Source of the DNA: a virus
Taxonomy: Duplodnaviria; Caudoviricetes
Strand: one strand, 5' to 3'
Virus record (IMG/VR): IMGVR_UViG_3300020469_002690
Coordinates: 1-47,731 of that record
DNA: 47,731 nucleotides
The position numbers and the translations under genes are program-made. The notes under the pieces were generated by a model. That model saw only the letters and a program-made list of their open reading frames with translations. It was not told the DNA's origin and searched no databases. This document shows positions 45,343-47,731 of this stretch, piece after piece; position 1 is the stretch's first letter; each line of letters starts with the position of its first letter.

Positions 45343-46230
45343 TTATTCTCCCTTTAAAGAGTGTTTTTCGTTAATCCCATCACTATTGTGAGGGTGTCTA
45401 TGACCTTTTTCCAAGACCCAATATCCCCTATCGTGACCTTGGTAAATCAATTCTAGAACGGCTTCTTCGACAGCGGCCCGAGTTGCATAAGTAACGCTTT
45501 CGTTGAATCCAATTCCATCTTCAAATTCTATAAGTTTGGTATCCATATCAACAAACCTAAAGACATCATAACCATTACCAGCAGACAAAATAGATTTCTT
45601 TGTCTGTACATTAAGTAATACTTCACCAGTGAGAGTCGATGTTGCCCGCAAACTTATGACAATAGAGTCTCTCCTATATTGAGAACTCTTACCTATACCT
45701 AAGTATCGAGCTCCTCTACCACCACTTTCGATATTAGTATCATACCCGATAATACCACCATCAACAATGATGCCCGCAAAGAGAAGAGGCTGTAAACCAT
45801 TTTCATTTTCGGGTTCAAATTCTTTTCTTGCAGACCGTATGATCTGTCTTTCTCTTACTAAATTGTCTATACCAACCCTATCAACAACCCTAAACCATTT
45901 TCCTTTGCCAGCCGTTTTCAACGCATCAATAACAAAGGCCTCACCGCCTTGAGTGACCGCAGTAGAAAAATCTGCTATGTTATCTCTACTCTTTCTCTGA
46001 CCCGTAAGATCACCAAATCGATAAACCGCCACTACAGGCCTCACTTTCGCTGGAGGTAGGTTCGCTAATTTTTCTGACGCTGGTAGTATAACAGTTTCAG
46101 CACTTTCTATACACTCAAACGCATACTTGTTTAACAAACCAATTCTGTCTTTACAATCAACTAAAGATGTTTTCGGTATTCCAGCACATCCAGTAAAAAT
46201 TAAGACAAATAATAATGCAACACGCCTCAT
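45343..46230 (-). CDS. csgG: Curli secretion channel CsgG
   Basis: Lipobox FTGC; VAVYRF.D.TGQ, FSTAVTQG, WF.VV.R...NL..ERQIIR, GGIIGYDTN..SGG.GARYLGIG. Confidence 0.95.
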   Translation of the reverse strand: MRRVALLFVLIFTGCAGIPKTSLVDCKDRIGLLNKYAFECIESAETVILPASEKLANLPPAKVRPVVAVYRFGDLTGQRKSRDNIADFSTAVTQGGEAFVIDALKTAGKGKWFRVVDRVGIDNLVRERQIIRSARKEFEPENENGLQPLLFAGIIVDGGIIGYDTNIESGGRGARYLGIGKSSQYRRDSIVISLRATSTLTGEVLLNVQTKKSILSAGNGYDVFRFVDMDTKLIEFEDGIGFNESVTYATRAAVEEAVLELIYQGHDRGYWVLEKGHRHPHNSDGINEKHSLKGE

Positions 46231-46718
46231 TAGAATCCGCCAGTGCCTATAGGTACGTCTAGAGTTGTTGTCGTTCCGTCTTCACTCACGACCGTTATTC
46301 TTATAATATCAACTCCATCATCACCACCACCGACTATTGTCTCATATGTTATCGAATTTCCAGAAACCTCAAATGACCCAGAAGTAGAAACGGTATCGTT
46401 ACCAAACATATTATCAACTAATTGTTTCGCGATCTGTGCGTATATTCTACTTTCTAGATTTCTTAAAAATTTTGCTTGAGTCGTGTTTCTAGCTTCTCGT
46501 TCCGCAGCTGCTATTGCAGCTTCGATATCATCCTTTATTTCTTCTCTTCTGGATCTTTCTTGATTTTCTATCGTTAGATAATGTGCGGAAGTTCCAATAC
46601 CACTAAAAGATGGTGATTTAAATTTATGGGTAATCTGGTCTGACTGTACATTACTCGTTATGATCGTCAGTATCAGACTCGCTAGAACCATTTTTATTTT
46701 CATTTTTTTGTGCCTCAA
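46230..46718 (-). CDS. csgF: Curli assembly protein CsgF
   Basis: Signal peptide, then HKFKSPSFSG (CsgF N-terminal F.NP.F.G motif), F...LESR, TTT..VP; start may be 46703. Confidence 0.85.
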   Translation of the reverse strand: MRHKKMKIKMVLASLILTIITSNVQSDQITHKFKSPSFSGIGTSAHYLTIENQERSRREEIKDDIEAAIAAAEREARNTTQAKFLRNLESRIYAQIAKQLVDNMFGNDTVSTSGSFEVSGNSITYETIVGGGDDGVDIIRITVVSEDGTTTTLDVPIGTGGF

Positions 46719-46941
46719 GTATCATATTTAATTTAGTTTGTAATCTAATCAAATCATTATCTAACATTCTAACTCTATCTATAAGAGCTATCAAAGTTAT
46801 ATGTGAATCTGAGACTACGGGATCCACATCATCCGTAACCCATTTCCAAATATAATATATAAAATATCCTAGACCAAAAGCAGCAATAATAGGAAATCCA
46901 TATTTACTTACTGCATCAGCAATAGATAATTCTTCCATCAA
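46651..46941 (-). CDS. Small TM plus coiled-coil protein
   Basis: GFPI.A TM helix; DRVRMLDNDLIRL. Confidence 0.75.
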   Translation of the reverse strand: MMEELSIADAVSKYGFPIIAAFGLGYFIYYIWKWVTDDVDPVVSDSHITLIALIDRVRMLDNDLIRLQTKLNMILEAQKNENKNGSSESDTDDHNE

Positions 46942-47216
46942 TCCTTCCTCGCATCTTTCTGACCATCCGCTCTAGATATTCTATCCAAATCTGGCGGAAT
47001 ACCAAAAGCTTGACACATAAGAGTATCAATACGAATAAGTTCATTATTCATAGTTTTTACACGATTGTCTAGGGATTTGGCGAATCCTCTCTGTAACTTG
47101 ATATCCGAGAGAACGCCATCGAGGATAAATCTTAAGGTTATGAATACAAAAAAACCACCAGCTACTGCTGAAGCGATAGGGAAACCAACGTCAGTGACTA
47201 AACTAAGAAAATCCAT
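46938..47216 (-). CDS. Small TM plus coiled-coil protein, paralogue of the neighbour
   Basis: GFPIA TM helix; NRVKTMNNELIRI. Confidence 0.75.
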   Translation of the reverse strand: MDFLSLVTDVGFPIASAVAGGFFVFITLRFILDGVLSDIKLQRGFAKSLDNRVKTMNNELIRIDTLMCQAFGIPPDLDRISRADGQKDARKD

Positions 47217-47248
47217 TCTACCAATATCGTATAATTCAAATATATTAC

Positions 47249-47256
47249 TATTTATA
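47249..47256 (-). promoter_or_regulatory. Late promoter heading the csg/cyclase operon
   Basis: Exact intergenic TATAAATA 32 nt before ATG 47216. Confidence 0.85.
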
Positions 47257-47285
47257 AGTAACTAATGTTCTATATGAAGTTGATT

Positions 47286-47477
47286 TTACTTTTTTTTGTT
47301 TTTTGGAATTGTTGTGACTGGATCACCATCTGATAATATTTTATCTATTTCTTCAACGCTCATGTAATCTAAGTCCCAATGATTACATATATCGTTTCTG
47401 TATCTATTACGATTTTTATCGGTTGACTTCGATTCTTTTCTATTGAAATAGCTTATAAACTTTTTACTTAAACTCAT
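47286..47477 (-). CDS. Hypothetical protein
   Basis: 63-aa ORF with ATGA overlap to the upstream gene. Confidence 0.6.
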   Translation of the reverse strand: MSLSKKFISYFNRKESKSTDKNRNRYRNDICNHWDLDYMSVEEIDKILSDGDPVTTIPKNKKK

Positions 47478-47722
47478 ATTTCTTTTTTTAGTCTTTCGAT
47501 ATAAATCGTAGCATCCATCAACTCCTCTTGAAGATGATTAAGCCAACCAAGTAAATCTATATCAGTTCGCGTAGTGTCGGTTCCATATTTATCGAAACCC
47601 TTTACTGACCTTTCTTTATAAGACTTTATTACATTCTTAACATTTACGTCTAAATTTTCTTCTTTTCTTTGTTCTTCCTCTAACATCCTATGTGCGTCTA
47701 ACATAGTGTAAAGTTCGTGCAT
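47474..47722 (-). CDS. MazG-like all-alpha NTP pyrophosphatase family small protein
   Basis: R...G..KYG...W..HLQEELMDA..Y. Confidence 0.65.
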   Translation of the reverse strand: MHELYTMLDAHRMLEEEQRKEENLDVNVKNVIKSYKERSVKGFDKYGTDTTRTDIDLLGWLNHLQEELMDATIYIERLKKEI

Positions 47723-47731
47723 ATTGTTATT

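Noticed and set aside
40813-46718. Bacterial contamination or chimeric assembly explaining the csg/cyclase block
   Set aside because: The block is bracketed by T4-type late promoters, has the same strand, packing and AT-rich composition as the flanks, and lacks the bacterial csg regulators
649-47265. Numerous plus-strand ORFs in the track (e.g. 14753-15289, 26478-26939, 32764-33312, 44322-44645)
   Set aside because: They are antisense shadows of well-supported minus-strand genes, with Ser/Phe/Leu-rich composition, no RBS and no motifs
1-47731. tRNA, rRNA or alternative genetic code
   Set aside because: No cloverleaf found by eye (TTCGA hits lie within CDSs); genes read through intact in the standard code and use all three stops

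Overview
AT-rich, densely coded segment of a T4-like myophage genome (gp32, gp33, TATAAATA late promoters, sigma70-type early promoters), most likely a marine or aquatic phage of a Gram-negative host (spanins, lipoproteins, CsgG). Almost all genes are on the minus strand. The window holds: (i) gp32/gp33 and early small-ORF cassettes; (ii) a late operon of glycosyltransferases, a sulfotransferase and a radical SAM enzyme, headed by an EF-hand membrane protein and a c-type cytochrome and ending in spanins; (iii) endolysin, a DenV-like glycosylase, a second glycan-modification cluster and a class II RNR (nrdJ); (iv) a block of proteins with T4-like capsid-targeting N-termini, including a ligase-fold enzyme, a cytidylyltransferase, a putative nuclease and a zeta-like kinase; (v) a late operon combining csgF/csgG, two curlin-like beta-solenoid proteins, a FecR-domain protein, a CHASE2 adenylyl cyclase and an overprinted gene. 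Item (v) is the best candidate for a phage-encoded trans-envelope signalling system. All functional calls come from motifs read by eye and recalled family knowledge; no database search was run.
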